A stretch of 64,000 bases of DNA from Schizochytrium sp. TIO01 (lineage: Eukaryota > Protista > Bigyra: Labyrinthulomycetes). Positions 32,140-44,629 of the stretch are shown here, in pieces; the stretch's first letter is position 1; each line of letters opens with the position of its first letter. Position numbers and translations under genes: made by a program. Below the pieces are notes generated by a model. That model did no database searches. It was given only the letters and a program-made list of their open reading frames with translations, and had not been told where the DNA came from. Where the stretch lies: NCBI GenBank assembly GCA_004764695.1, contig SMSO01000031.1:1464436-1528435 (forward strand), in the 5' to 3' direction.

Positions 32140-33377
32140 CTATATTGAGTCTTCATACTCCTTTGATAATAGATATTGGCACCAATGCTGCCAGAACTTT
32201 TGAACTAGACTCCCTTCACAATTGGATTTAGTTTCAAATACTACATACAATGGGTATATAAGCGATGTGGAGATGTTTGATATATATATATATAGATAGA
32301 TAGATTTATATTTATTTAACGTGGATGTTTTGAGGGTATCGACTCGCGGGCTACAAAACCATCTATATACCATTCTAGAAACGGCGGCTCTCCTGTTAGG
32401 AATGCCATTTTACGTAGTTTGGCGGTTTACGATCTGCTACAGGTTTTAAAATGATGGTCATGGGGGTCTTATAAAACACCCCAGATCTCGCTAGGTCAAT
32501 GTTAAAGAAGGCCCCTCTAATCTTCTCAGGGTTTAATCTGCATGACTACTTCGTTGAATTTTACGGAGTGTCGGCTTGCAGCTTCGACTCATCAGAATTA
32601 TGTTCTTGCGATGATGAGAATGATGCTTTAAGCGCAGCTTGGAATGCATGCTGCTGGCCAGCAGAAGGTCCTGCTGCAGCATCGATTACGTTTTGGGGGT
32701 CATTCTCTAGGACATCGAACGGGATATCAGCCTTGGCCTCGTTGCTGTAGTCATCGTTGATGATATTTAGGTTACTATTACCATTGCTGAAGGTGCTGTT
32801 GTCTCCTTCGTATACCGTGTTGTTGCTGCTCGTGCGACTTTCTTGACGTTGCTTGTCTGCTTCATCATGAGACTGCAAGTCTGCATTTTGAGTGAGCCCT
32901 AGATCAGACTTTGCTTGGTGATCCGTCTTCATTTCTTCGTGCCGTTGTTGCCCCTGCTCCATGGTCATGAAAAGGTCTGTATTCCTGTTGCTCAAAACTG
33001 TTTTGATGTGGTCGTGTCCTTAAATCAGAATTGGTGAACGATGTTCCCAAGTGAACGTCTTCGTCGTTGCTGTTCTCGCGGACCAGTCCTGCGACTAGGC
33101 CAGTCATTCAAAGTCTGCAAACAAGAGGAGCGAATATCACGGTGTGCTTGGCGGTCTTCTCCAACTTGAAGTTTCACTTTGAGTTTCTCTTCGAGTTCCC
33201 TTCTACGTTCTTCGAGTTCTTTTATTCTCCTCGCGTTCACAGATTTGTCCGCCGAAAAGTCCTGCACAGATGCTGGAACATGCGGAACACCCAGCCACAG
33301 AACTGCCGCAACGCATTAGAGGAAAAAGCACGAACCCGACTTTTTCTCGCTTCGGCTTGAAACCAATCAAAACCCAT
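32140..33377 (-). pseudogene. Probable fragmented gene/pseudogene (coiled-coil + low-complexity hydrophilic segments)
   Basis: Three overlapping same-strand ORFs (33025-33267, 32904-33107, 32561-32995) with protein-like content (RRIKELEERRRELEEKLK; N/D/S/Q-rich), consistent with frameshifts. Confidence 0.4.
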
Positions 33378-34000
33378 GCACCGAGCAGAGACTAAGCTCC
33401 GAACCAAGCTGGCGCGACAATGTACGTGCCGTTCAGGTTGCCTGGCATGGCTTGCGAAGCTAAAATCTTGAAGAATTCGAGGTCTTCTTCTGCTGCTGCT
33501 GCTGCAACGGCGTTCTCGATCGATCGCGGCGATGTCATGTCAATTTGGGCAAGTCGAACGCCGGGTCACAGCTAACCGCAGTACCTCACTGTGGGGTCCA
33601 CAGTTCCGCAGTGTGGGAAGCCTAGAAGGCGAACGCCCTTCTCTGCCTAGTTTTACTACTAGGTAGCTAGCAAGTAACTAGACGCTGTTTCGTGTTGCTT
33701 CGCGCTGCCTGCATTCCTTCATGCCAATGCGCAGGTCTGCTGCGAAGTTTCTCATGATAGATAGGCGTGCCACGAATACAAGACTGGTGGGAGCTGGCAA
33801 TCTCGAGCACCGCGTCTCTGTAATTGCGCGAATGATGAGGACGAAGAGATCGAGGCCTCCGATGCGGCCACGCGTTATGCGAATACCAAATGGCAGCAGA
33901 AGCTGGCCGTGCCCATGCAGGCTAACTTGCTTCTGGCGCTGTGCTGGTCGCCGTTGCTGATGTGCAGCGGCCGCATCACGCAGGGCTCACTGGGGCTGCG

Positions 34001-34039
<39 letters not shown>

Positions 34040-37000
34040 AGGCATGCTTCTGGGAATGATGAATAAACTCATGTTGCGCTGGAGATAGACGCTATGCAGT
34101 ACATCCTCAGCTTGCAGGATGCTCGTCCATTATGATGCTCGGGCTGTGAAGTCTGCCAAGGCTTGACATCGCGAGCAGAGCGTACTTGAAGGGGTCCGTC
34201 CGTAAGCAGCAAAGAGTGGACTCTGATTTGCAGATGCAAAGATGTGCATGCATGGGTTAGTTTCGATTGGTTTGCAAAGGAAACGCACGTGCTGCTCAAA
34301 TATCCAAAGCTCGAGTTGCAGCGGGTTTTCCGAAGAGATAGATGAGATCAGCGAGTCGTGCTCCGTGGAGTTATGATTTCGAGGGGTGGAATGCGCATTT
34401 TGACTTGAGTTTGGTTTCGAAATTCGGTGCTTAGGTTACTCTCGCTCACCGCTCGAAGCTCTTCGGAGAGCTTGATCGTCTGCACGAACCCTGAGGACCG
34501 TGTTTGCGTGCTCGCTGCGCTGCAGAAGATGCCATGGTTTGTAGTGCAGTGCAATCTCGAACCTTGAATTGTCTAAACCTGTACGTGTAAACAACCAAGC
34601 TGCTGCGTTGGCAGATTGTAGAAACCTGATGCATATTGAACTCGAGCTAAATTTGCCACTCGGCCATTGCAAGACTCGCGAGGCGTCGAGGAATCTGCGC
34701 CAGCATGGTTGATCTAATTGCACCTCAAGAGACTCGGAGATCGGCCTCGGAGACCGGCCTGGGAGTGAGTCATTTCTCTTGAGCAAGGAGTTCACCGCAA
34801 CCCAACCTTCAAGTTCAACGCCTTCATAATGCCGGAATCCTTAACCCCATAATCACTGAGCCTGTCAAATTCACGAAAATATACAGTGATCACTCAAAGC
34901 ACAATCCAGAAGTGGACCTGGAATAGCACATCAGCAATTTATTCCTTCGTTCATTCGTTCGTTCATCTTCTCGGGCCGGGACGTCTTGAGAGCAGCTTTT
35001 AATATCCTTGCTGTTGCTCTGCTTTTGTTATTGATCCCCGTCCGTCTTTCACTCGGCAAGTGACCTAAAGAAGCTGCGCTTTAAGTTTAGCACTTGGAGG
35101 TCTTCTCTGTGGCCAGAATGGTGCGCGCGAGGAACTTTTGGGACTCAGCTTCTGGCAAGGAATTCGTAAGATCTTTATTATCTTTTTGTTATACCATAGA
35201 GTTCCTGAAAAGGCTATCACGACCTTTAGGCACTAATGATTAGCAGCAAAAAGGAAAACTTACTTTACCTATATCCTACGAGTGGTTAATTTCTTAAAAG
35301 ATGCTGATTGATTGATTGACTGACTTTGTAGTCTATCGCATGTCGGCCAGCGAGCCGTTCCAAGGCCAAGGGAGGGTTCGGAGGCTGCTTCTAGCCAGTC
35401 CAGATCATTGTCATCGTCATGCAACCGATTGATCTGGTATACAATCAATCTCGAGGCACTCAAGTTTCCCTCGCTCGCGAGCAGGTGAAGAGGGCCTACT
35501 AGGTACATAGTCACTTCTACGAGGGAGCCACAATACTAGCTAGCTACCTACCTACCTACCTACCAACCTAGATGGTTATTGAGTTGTTTTAAGCTTCCAA
35601 AAGTATTGGATAATACTAAGAAATACCTTGTCGATAGGGGTACACGAGGATTCTTCAAGGTTTTAGTGTTGCAAGAAAAGAGGAGCTTGGGCTTTGAACT
35701 GTATTCGGGCATTAGCACGTGCACAATATGTGTTCAAGCAACAGCCTGTTTTGACTCTAAGGTGTGTTAAGGACCAAATTCGAAATTCCTTCTATAAACT
35801 GCTGTACAGGATGTGGACTCAACAGGATGTGGACTCAGAGGCTCAACCTAAACATTGCAGTTTTTTTTTGCAGCTCAGTTAAACATAAGATCATCATTAA
35901 ATTTTACGCTGGTAGTATAACGTATAAATTTCTCAATTTGTGCAATTCCAGTATCCTCTTGGCAAATATATGCTGATTAATACAAAATACCATTCTTTCC
36001 CTTGGTCATTTTAGAAAGAGTCAGTGGATTCATGTTTCGGGGCAAAATTGGTGCTAGGACTGCTCGTCATTCAATGATTGTATTCTAAGAAATTCGTAGT
36101 CCTTAGAAATTTGGCCTATGTAAATCTGATCAAATGAGTGTTGTCTACATAAGTGTGCGGGGCTTTTTACTTTGTGTCCAATGTAACCACATAATTCTAA
36201 AGATAATCTAGATATTGTCATTTCGAATCAAAATCACAATTCGAATCAAAATTATTGACACTCGTTTTATTTATAATTAGGTGATACCCTTGCCCAATTT
36301 CGTTCTCTTACTGCGAGTCAAATGAAACGTCTTGCTTCTGTCGTGAATTTTAGCGTAGGGCCAATTTGCAAACATTTACCTTGTATAACCCCAAATCATT
36401 TTATTCTCATTCATGCTAATTATTGATACGAGGTGTACAGGTAGCAGTGCGCTACTTCCAAAGTACACAATTTCGAATGCATGCCAAGATGAAATGCGAG
36501 CTAAATAAAACATGTGGGATTCATGCTTATTTTTATTTTTTGATTTTGTAAGATGGCAATACCAAGGCGTTATCGATCCAAGACTCGTGGTGCTGCATGA
36601 CGACATAGGACCAATCTTAATGCTTAGTGCTGTATTGCCTAGAGCTTGTCGATTTTCATTCTTCAAGAATTTTGAGAACCACTGATATTTAAAAGAAAAG
36701 AAAATACTAGGATCCTCTGCTTTCTTCTGGTTCTTTCTTTGAAAAGGTTATTATCTTTTATTTGAGTGATCCGCTGAAGTGCTAGTGCAATGCTTGAACA
36801 TTTAAACTCTTGTTTTTGTTTTAATATTCATTATTTACCTTTTTCCTGGGCTGCGAGATGATTGAGTGATATGGAGGATCCCCAAATCTTCCATCTCAAA
36901 ACCATGCGATCACGATGTGCCCTACCGATTCCTGGCCCACGAAGAAACCATAGCCACTATTAACATCGATTCGGAGGACCAGTAGTAGTTCAGTCATCGT

Positions 37001-37638
37001 CATAATTAAGAGAAACTACTCTAGCACTCTTCCGACTCTCTCGTACGAGAGAGGTCACCGCTCCTCATTGGAAAGCATGCTCATCTCAATCAACTAAGCC
37101 CTTTCCCCGCGTTTCTTAACCCCCAATCACTCTGCGCTAGATTCATCGCGCCATTGCACAACCTCAAGCTGACGATGCCAGCGTCGTTGTGCCTGCAACC
37201 TTTATTGCCGCGTACTCTTGACTCGCCACAATTGCGGTAATCCTGCTCTACGCATCGCTCAAAAGGCTGAGCTTCCCTGTAATCCGGGTCGAGCAGAATG
37301 CTCAGTCGCCAGAAATGATTGACATCCAACGCCATCAATGCCGTTTCCTGTCCCATTCACTGCGAACAAAGATCTCGGTGGCTGCTCCATACCTAGGTGC
37401 TCCCAGAGCCTCTCGTCGGCCAGTACAGTAGACTCGAATGCAGCGTCTGTAGGTCTGAAGCTGCGAGTCATCCTCCACGAACGAGAGCTCCGCCTCGTCT
37501 TACGGGTCCTTGGACCTACTACTACGAAGAGCGTCAGTTGTTCACTCCTCCCGGCACCTGAAACAGGAACAGAACAGAGGCTCACTGAGTCTAAGCCAGA
37601 GTTCGTTTACCTTAGAGTATATGTGAATGTATGATATG

Positions 37639-37744
37639 TGTATGTATGTATGTATGTATGTATGTATGTATGTATGTATGTATGTATGTATGTATGTATG
37701 TATGTATGTATGTATGTATGTATGTATGTATGTATGTATGTATA
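37639..37744. repeat. (TGTA)n perfect tetranucleotide microsatellite (~26 units)
   Basis: Direct reading. Confidence 0.95.
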
Positions 37745-40418
37745 CCTGTCCATGGCTCTTTTATTTAGCCTCAAGACCATCATGCATTCCCGCACGTTCC
37801 TTTGCGGCCGGATCAGAAGTAGACTTTACGAAGACACCGTTCTTGGTTAAAAATAAAATAAAATAGCAAGCAAGCAAGCAAGCAACAAAATATTGAACAA
37901 ACAGACGCGCGAAGAAACGAAGAAATAGCTCCCTAGCTTGCAAGAGCGAGCCAAGACTACACCACGCACAACAGAGCTCCCCGGGCTCTTCGGAGTCGCG
38001 AGGATAGCGGCCCTCAGAGCTTGAACCAGCCCATTCTGAGCTCTACTTTGAAATCCTCGATCCTCGAGATCGACGCTTTCTTTGAAAAGTTGGACGAAGC
38101 TGAGCTTTTCCGGCTCGCGCGTCTGTCGGTTTTGCCCCAAGAGGAAGGTAGGCAGGTAGTACTGGTAGTGCTACTAGTAGTAGCCGGATTAAAAGATTGA
38201 TTGATGTTTAGATTTGTTGGTATCATTTAGATGATGATGGAGAACTCAGCTATCTTGGAGAACTTAGAATTGGAGAGGATGACGATGACGATTGTGGATT
38301 GTAATGGTTCTTCGGGTTTGTGCAGATTTGAAGTAGATGGCCGTGAGGACGATGGTGGTTGGCTTGGGTTGGAGATCCTTGCGGTCTGTCTGGACGCCTG
38401 ACTGTCTGGTCAAGCATGGTGAAGTCGGAGTTCTTCTCCAGGGCTCGGAGATCTTGGAGCACTTTCAGAAACTTGAAAAAAGCACGCACGATCGCATTTC
38501 ATTTTAATCAGAACTGTATATATCATATTTTAATCAGAAAGAGGAAAAGCGGTTTCGTCAAAGTCAGAGATAGAGAGTGAGAGAGTGAGTGAATCTCAGC
38601 GAAATTGCAAACCAAACTGCCGGGAACTCCAAGGTTAGGCCGCTCATGATGCAATCATCCATCCAGCATGACATAACATCATCGTCCTGGAGCCTTGAAA
38701 CTCGGACGACACCCCAAAGGACTCGTGAACTCCGAGACTCCCCCCTCGTCTGCATGATTGATGGCTTCCAGTTCTCCAAGCTGTCACCAAGAATGCCAAT
38801 TAAATTAAAACCAAGGCATCGTACTCTCTCTCCTACTAACGCAGAAATCACAGCGATGCTGGAGTCGCACCTAGAGGGATCTCTAGGACTGCCAGCGTGA
38901 CGAGGATCATTATGGGTACCTACCTACCTACCTCTATCATGCAAATATGACATGTTCATGTCTATGGATCGCTGCATACAAACCACATCATACACATGGT
39001 AAGTACAGCCCGGTGCTTTACAATGATGGTTTTCCGGAGCCTCACGTGAGCACGGGACGCATCGTACTTCAGAGAGTATGTATGCATGTATTTCTATATT
39101 TATTGAATTAATTAATTGATTAAATTATGCAGACGAGGTACCTATTGGTTGATATAAATAAGGAACTGGGCCACAATGAATTGCGCGAACAGTGTAATCC
39201 CAAAGTGCATGATAAGTTAGATACCCTCAAGTTCTCTTCACGTTCTCCTCGTAAGTCAATATTATGAGCAAGTTGTAGGTAGCTTCACCTATCATGACAC
39301 ATGACACAGAAACCTATCTACCGATCACTAATACTACTACTACCTGCTTCATTCTTATAAAAAATATTTTTTTACTTGAATTTTAAAATTGAATTAGAAT
39401 AAAAATTGTTTTCTCATGTTTCCATATTGCGAAGTGAGCGGGACTAAAACAAAAAGAAAATAGAAAGAAAGAAATAGCTTTGTCTTCCTTGGTTTGTGAG
39501 ATTGCCGCCATTTGCTAACTTGAAGATCATAATCGTTAACCCTAACACCTCTACGCGATCACGCTCTGCTTCGGGAGAGCGTCCCGCCGCTCGATCTTTC
39601 GGTCGTCCCGAGGACTCTGCTCTATATCGGGCAGTGCCCGAGTTTTGCAAAGGCGGTGTTCATGAATGATGTGCAATAGGATTTCAATTAATTAAAAATT
39701 AAACACCATCGTGATTAGGCTAGATATTATTGCAGTTTCGCGATGTCTACGAGTCTTCTAGGTTCCGTAATGAAAGGAGAACACAATCTCTTCGCTTCAA
39801 GTGCGCTCTCTCACTTACTCACTCACTTACTCACTCGAAATGGAAACGAGCGCACTCCAAACAAGGTGAACTTGGAGTGTCAAGATATTCATCGGTGGAG
39901 CTACAGCAACAAACGACCTCAGATGTGACACCTATTCAGTTTGGCCTCTAGACTTATAAATCTGTTAAATCTGTGCGCTGCGATACTTGAACATTCTGCC
40001 GCAAATAGACAGATATGCTACATGAAAACTAAGACGAACTTCATGGCTTCGACTTTTGCAGATGATCTCAAAATTATCAAGAAAATGATGCATGATTTGA
40101 TTTGATCAACCTCGGAGCGACCCGCTTTGTTCTTCGTACTTGGGCACGGACCGATGACCTGCTATGTGCCTCTATCTAGGTATCCGAGTTTCTTACTTTG
40201 CTCTTTCGCTCTCTTTTTAATGATGATGATTGTTATTTTTATTTTCTATTTTACGGAAAACTTTCAACTTCAATTATCACGCGAAGCTCAGGGGAGACGA
40301 AGCACAAGAGAACACCTCCTCTAAGAAAAGTATAACCTAGTGCAGTACGAGAGGAGACCTCCCTACGTTTTCGCGCTCTCACTTCGAAGCAGGTGGGTGG
40401 AAAACACACAAACTATAC

Positions 40419-40733
40419 TCTCAGTGTTGTTCTGAGGCAGCACCACTGACACAAAATTCAACAAGCTTCCCTCTCGCTCCACTAACTATGGCGGTCCGTA
40501 GTGGCATGTGAGGAGAGGACAAGAGGATTTGGAGGAAACCTGTTCGTGGAAGCAAGAAGAGAGGGTCCCACTGCGGGGCTTTATGACTTAGAAGTGAGGC
40601 AAGGCAATTGAAGAGCGATGATAAAAGCTCGAAATCGCGAGAACTTGGCATCAGCAAATCCGCAACTCAAGCATCCAAAGCAACTACAAAAGCAACAGCA
40701 GTAGCAACTCAAGTAAACTTACTTTTATCCAAA
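40419..40733 (+). promoter_or_regulatory. Conserved upstream blocks/5' leader of the LEA-like genes (shown for copy 1, repeated in all 8)
   Basis: Blocks CAGTGTTGTTCTGAGGCAGCACCACTGACACAAA, GTGGCATGTGAG, ATTGAAGAG.ATGA.AAAAGCTCGAAATCGCGAG and TTGGCATCAGCAAATCCGCAACT recur amid diverged spacer. Confidence 0.55.
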
Positions 40734-41063
40734 ATGGCTCAGGGTGATATCCAGAACAAGGCCCAGGAGGTCAAGAACGCCGCCAGCGAGAAGGCCACCG
40801 AGCTCGGCAACAAGGCCAGCGAGACCGCCGAGCAGGCCAAGCACACCGCTCAGGAGAAGAAGGAGCAGGCATCCAACAAGATGCAGGAGGCGTCCAACGA
40901 CGCCAGCACCACCGGCCAGCAGAAGTCCAACGAGGCTGGCTCCACTCTCGAGTCTGCCAAGAACACCGTGGCTGAGAACCTCGAGTCTGCCAAGAACACC
41001 GTCTCCGAGAAGGCCACCGAGGCCGCTGACTTCGTCAAGGAGAAGACCGGCATGGACCAGTAA
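40734..41063 (+). CDS. Group 3 LEA-like hydrophilin, copy 1 (109 aa)
   Basis: 11-mer repeats KAQEVKNAASE/KATELGNKASE/TAEQAKHTAQE/.../TLESAKNTVAE/NLESAKNTVSE/KATEAADFVKE. No W/C/Y/P/R; strong codon bias; start context ccaaaATGG. Confidence 0.88.
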   Translation: MAQGDIQNKAQEVKNAASEKATELGNKASETAEQAKHTAQEKKEQASNKMQEASNDASTTGQQKSNEAGSTLESAKNTVAENLESAKNTVSEKATEAADFVKEKTGMDQ

Positions 41064-42511
41064 AATGTTAACATTGCAGATATATTCTAGCTAGGGTCAA
41101 ACCGCGCTTCTGCGCAACATGACTTTCCATTTCAATTTATAAGAAATTTTGGTGCCATTAACATTGTTTATCTTTCCCAACTCTTGAAATATTGGCGTGC
41201 TCTTTTCATCGCTTATACCTTTGTGATCTCGTTCTTGATTTTTGTTTTTACCTTCTGTGTTTGGGGCAAAACTTGGCAAGTGCATCATCTTCCAAAGATA
41301 TGTACTTATTTTCGCAAGCGCAATTATGCTGTGCAAATGAAAAACCAGTCACTAAAGATAGCAACATATGCAAGATCTAGCCATGTACAAATACCCGTGC
41401 CAGACAACCCAATAATTCAATCCAAGTTTCTTCGAAAAGTCGGAGTCTATTGGGTAATCATCGGCACTTCTCGCTTAATATTGTGGTGCACGGCCAGATA
41501 GTGAAGCAAGCTGTCCTTTACAAGGTTTTAGTGCGGGTTTGAAAAATGGCAAAGCAAAACAAATGTAGCCTGGGAATAAAAGCTAATCTGAACCAAAAAC
41601 ACGTCCCTAGCAGGGCGTGCTCCTCAGAGGTTGAGAGCACAATACTTTGCAATAATTAATTCATCTCGGCATATTGCGTGACTCCATCAATATAAAAAGG
41701 CCATCACCAAACGCAGATATCCTACGGATTTTATCCAAAACTTAATAAATAAGGATCTTGTATGGTACACACCGTCTGTAGGTCACTCTTGACACTTGGG
41801 CTGAAAGAAAAAGAGGGAGAGAATGAGGGGTAGAGAAAAGTATAAAAACGCTTAGCTCTTTTTTTCTTCTATGCTCTCACAGAATCAACTTCATCACGAA
41901 CCGCCTTCTTCTCTGTACTTGAGCATAAAGTTATGACTTGCCACGTACTTCAATCTAACTATCTGAGCTTCTTACTTTGCTCTTTCTCTCTCGTTCTGAA
42001 GATGGTTGATATATAAATATATTGTATGGGAAGCTCTTTTTTTTAATTATCAAGCGAAGCTCAGATCAGGCGAGACGAAGCGCACGAGAACACCTTCCTC
42101 TCAGAAAATTTCAACTCAGTGCAGACTGAGAGGAGACCTCCGGACGTTCTACGCTTCAATCTTAGACCAGGTAGGTGGAAAACCCGTCCTTTATCAACTC
42201 AGTGTTGGTCTGAGGCAGCACCACTGACACAAAATTCAACAAGCTTTCTCCTGGCTCCACTAACTAAGGCGTTCTGTAGTGACATGTGAGGAGAGGACAA
42301 GAGACCTCAGAGGAAACCTACTTTCGAAAACAAGAGGAGAGGGCCTCACTGCGGAGCTTTATGACTTAGAAGTGAGGCGCAGCGATTGAAGAGCGATGAT
42401 AAAAGCTCGAAATCGCGAGAACTTGGCATCAGCAAATCCGCAACTAAAGCATCCAAAGCAACAACAAAAGCAACAGCAGCAGCAACTCAAGCAAACTTAC
42501 TTTTATCCAAA

Positions 42512-42841
42512 ATGGCTCAGGGTGATATCCAGAACAAGGCCCAGGAGGTCAAGAACGCCGCCAGCGAGAAGGCCACCGAGCTCGGCAACAAGGCCAGCGA
42601 GACCGCCGAGCAGGCCAAGCACACCGCTCAGGAGAAGAAGGAGCAGGCATCCAACAAGATGCAGGAGGCGTCCAACGACGCCAGCACCACCGGCCAGCAG
42701 AAGTCCAACGAGGCTGGCTCCACTCTCGAGTCTGCCAAGAACACCGTGGCTGAGAACCTCGAGTCTGCCAAGAACACCGTCTCTGAGAAGGCCACCGAGG
42801 CCGCTGACTTCGTCAAGGAGAAGACCGGCATGGACCAGTAA
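42512..42841 (+). CDS. Group 3 LEA-like hydrophilin, copy 2 (109 aa)
   Basis: Protein identical to copy 1. Confidence 0.88.
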   Translation: MAQGDIQNKAQEVKNAASEKATELGNKASETAEQAKHTAQEKKEQASNKMQEASNDASTTGQQKSNEAGSTLESAKNTVAENLESAKNTVSEKATEAADFVKEKTGMDQ

Positions 42842-44299
42842 AATGTTTACAATGCAAATATATTTTAGATAGGGTCAAACCGCGCTTCTGCGCAACATGA
42901 CTTTCCATTTCAATTTATAACAAATTTTGGTACCATTAACTTTGTTTATCTTTCCCAACTCTTGAAAACCTCTTCATCTCTCATACCTTTTGTGATCTCG
43001 TTCTTGGCTCATGTTTCTTGTAAGTTTGACTTTAGGCAAGTGGATCCTCTTCGAAGATATACACCTATGATCGCAGGCGCAATGGCACTGTGCGTATGAA
43101 AGTCCAGTCCTTGCAGATATTGATAAGCGCAAAAGCTAGCGATGTACGTTTACTCGTTCCAATCAACTCAATAATTTTATGCAAGTTTATTCGAAAGTTC
43201 AGGGTTGTCTTCATCGGCGCTCATTATTTGATAGTGTGGTGCACGGCCAAATAGTGGAGTAAGCTATCCTTTGCAAGATTGCAAATACAATTCAGCTGCT
43301 ACAGGTCCCGAAATGGCGAATTAGAATAAATGTGGCCTGAAAATTTAAATACTAGAAAACACGGTTTTTAAATTATAACAAACGTCTTGCGTTCTTAATT
43401 TTTCATACCATTTTTGCTGGAAGTACAGTTCAGGAGATTGAAAACAGTATATATTGATATTAATAGATATTTGTCAGTCTTTTGTGTGACTCAATCAATC
43501 TATATAAGCCATGCGTAGGTTTTGTCCATATCTTACTAAAAGAGGAAATTATGTGGTACGCACCGTCTGTAGGTCACTCTTGAGTATCAGTCACACCTAT
43601 GGGCCGAAAGAGAAAGAAAATGTAGGGGTTCAGTTTCTATAGTAAAGTGTAGAAACGCTTGATGATATGGTTTCTCTAAGCTTTCTGAAAACAGACAGAA
43701 CCAACCTCATAGCGAACTACGTGGTCGTCTGTACTCGAGCATGGCCCAGGCACGTCTAAGTGAACATCTGAGCTTCTTACTTTCCGCAATCACTCTCTTC
43801 TCTGATGATCGTGATTACTATTATTACAATATTCTACGGAGACCTTTCAAGATCTAATCATCATGCGAAGCTCAGATCAAACAAGACGAAGCACAGGAGA
43901 ATACCTCCCTTCCGAGGAAGTTCAACCCAGTGCCGGCTGAGAGGAGACCTCTCGGCGTCTTTGCGCTTCCAGCTCAGAGCTGGTAGGTGGGAAACCTGTA
44001 CAGTGTTGTTCTGAGGCAGCACCACTGACACAAAGTTTAATAGGCTCTCTCTTGCTGCACTGCAGACCAAGTCTTCCAGTGGCATGTGAGGAGAGAATAA
44101 GAGACCTCAGAGGAAACCTACTTTCGAAAATAAGAGAACGGGGCCTTCTGACTGTAAAATAAGGCGCAGCAATTGAAGAGCGATGATAAAAGCTCGAAAT
44201 CGCGAGGAATTGGCATCAGCAAATCCGCAACTCAAAACATTCAAAGCAACTACAAAAGCAAAAGCAGCAGCAACTCAAGTAAACTAACTTTTATCCAAA

Positions 44300-44629
44300 A
44301 TGGCTCAGGGTGATATCCAGAACAAGGCCCAGGAGGTCAAGAACGCCGCCAGCGAGAAGGCCACCGAGCTCGGCAACAAGGCCAGCGAGACCGCCGAGCA
44401 GGCCAAGCACACCGCTCAGGAGAAGAAGGAGCAGGCATCCAACAAGATGCAGGAGATGTCCAACGACGCCAGCACCACCGGCCAGCAGAAGTCCAACGAG
44501 GCTGGCTCCACTCTCGAGTCTGCCAAGAACACCGTGGCTGAGAACTTCGAGGCTGCCAAGAACACCGTCTCTGAGAAGGCCACCGAGGCCGCTGACTTCG
44601 TCAAGGAGAAGACCGGCATGGACCAGTAA
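44300..44629 (+). CDS. Group 3 LEA-like hydrophilin, copy 3 (109 aa)
   Basis: Near-identical paralog (QEMSND, NFEAAK variants). Confidence 0.88.
   Translation: MAQGDIQNKAQEVKNAASEKATELGNKASETAEQAKHTAQEKKEQASNKMQEMSNDASTTGQQKSNEAGSTLESAKNTVAENFEAAKNTVSEKATEAADFVKEKTGMDQ

Noticed and set aside
33588-33643. Two small hairpins (ACTGTGG/CCACAGT; AGAAGG/CCTTCT)
   Set aside because: Isolated and short, within chance expectation, with no supporting context.
37607-37866. MYVC/YIHT repeat ORFs and similar SSR ORFs (6279-6624, 16862-17408, 20174-20503)
   Set aside because: Translations of microsatellites.
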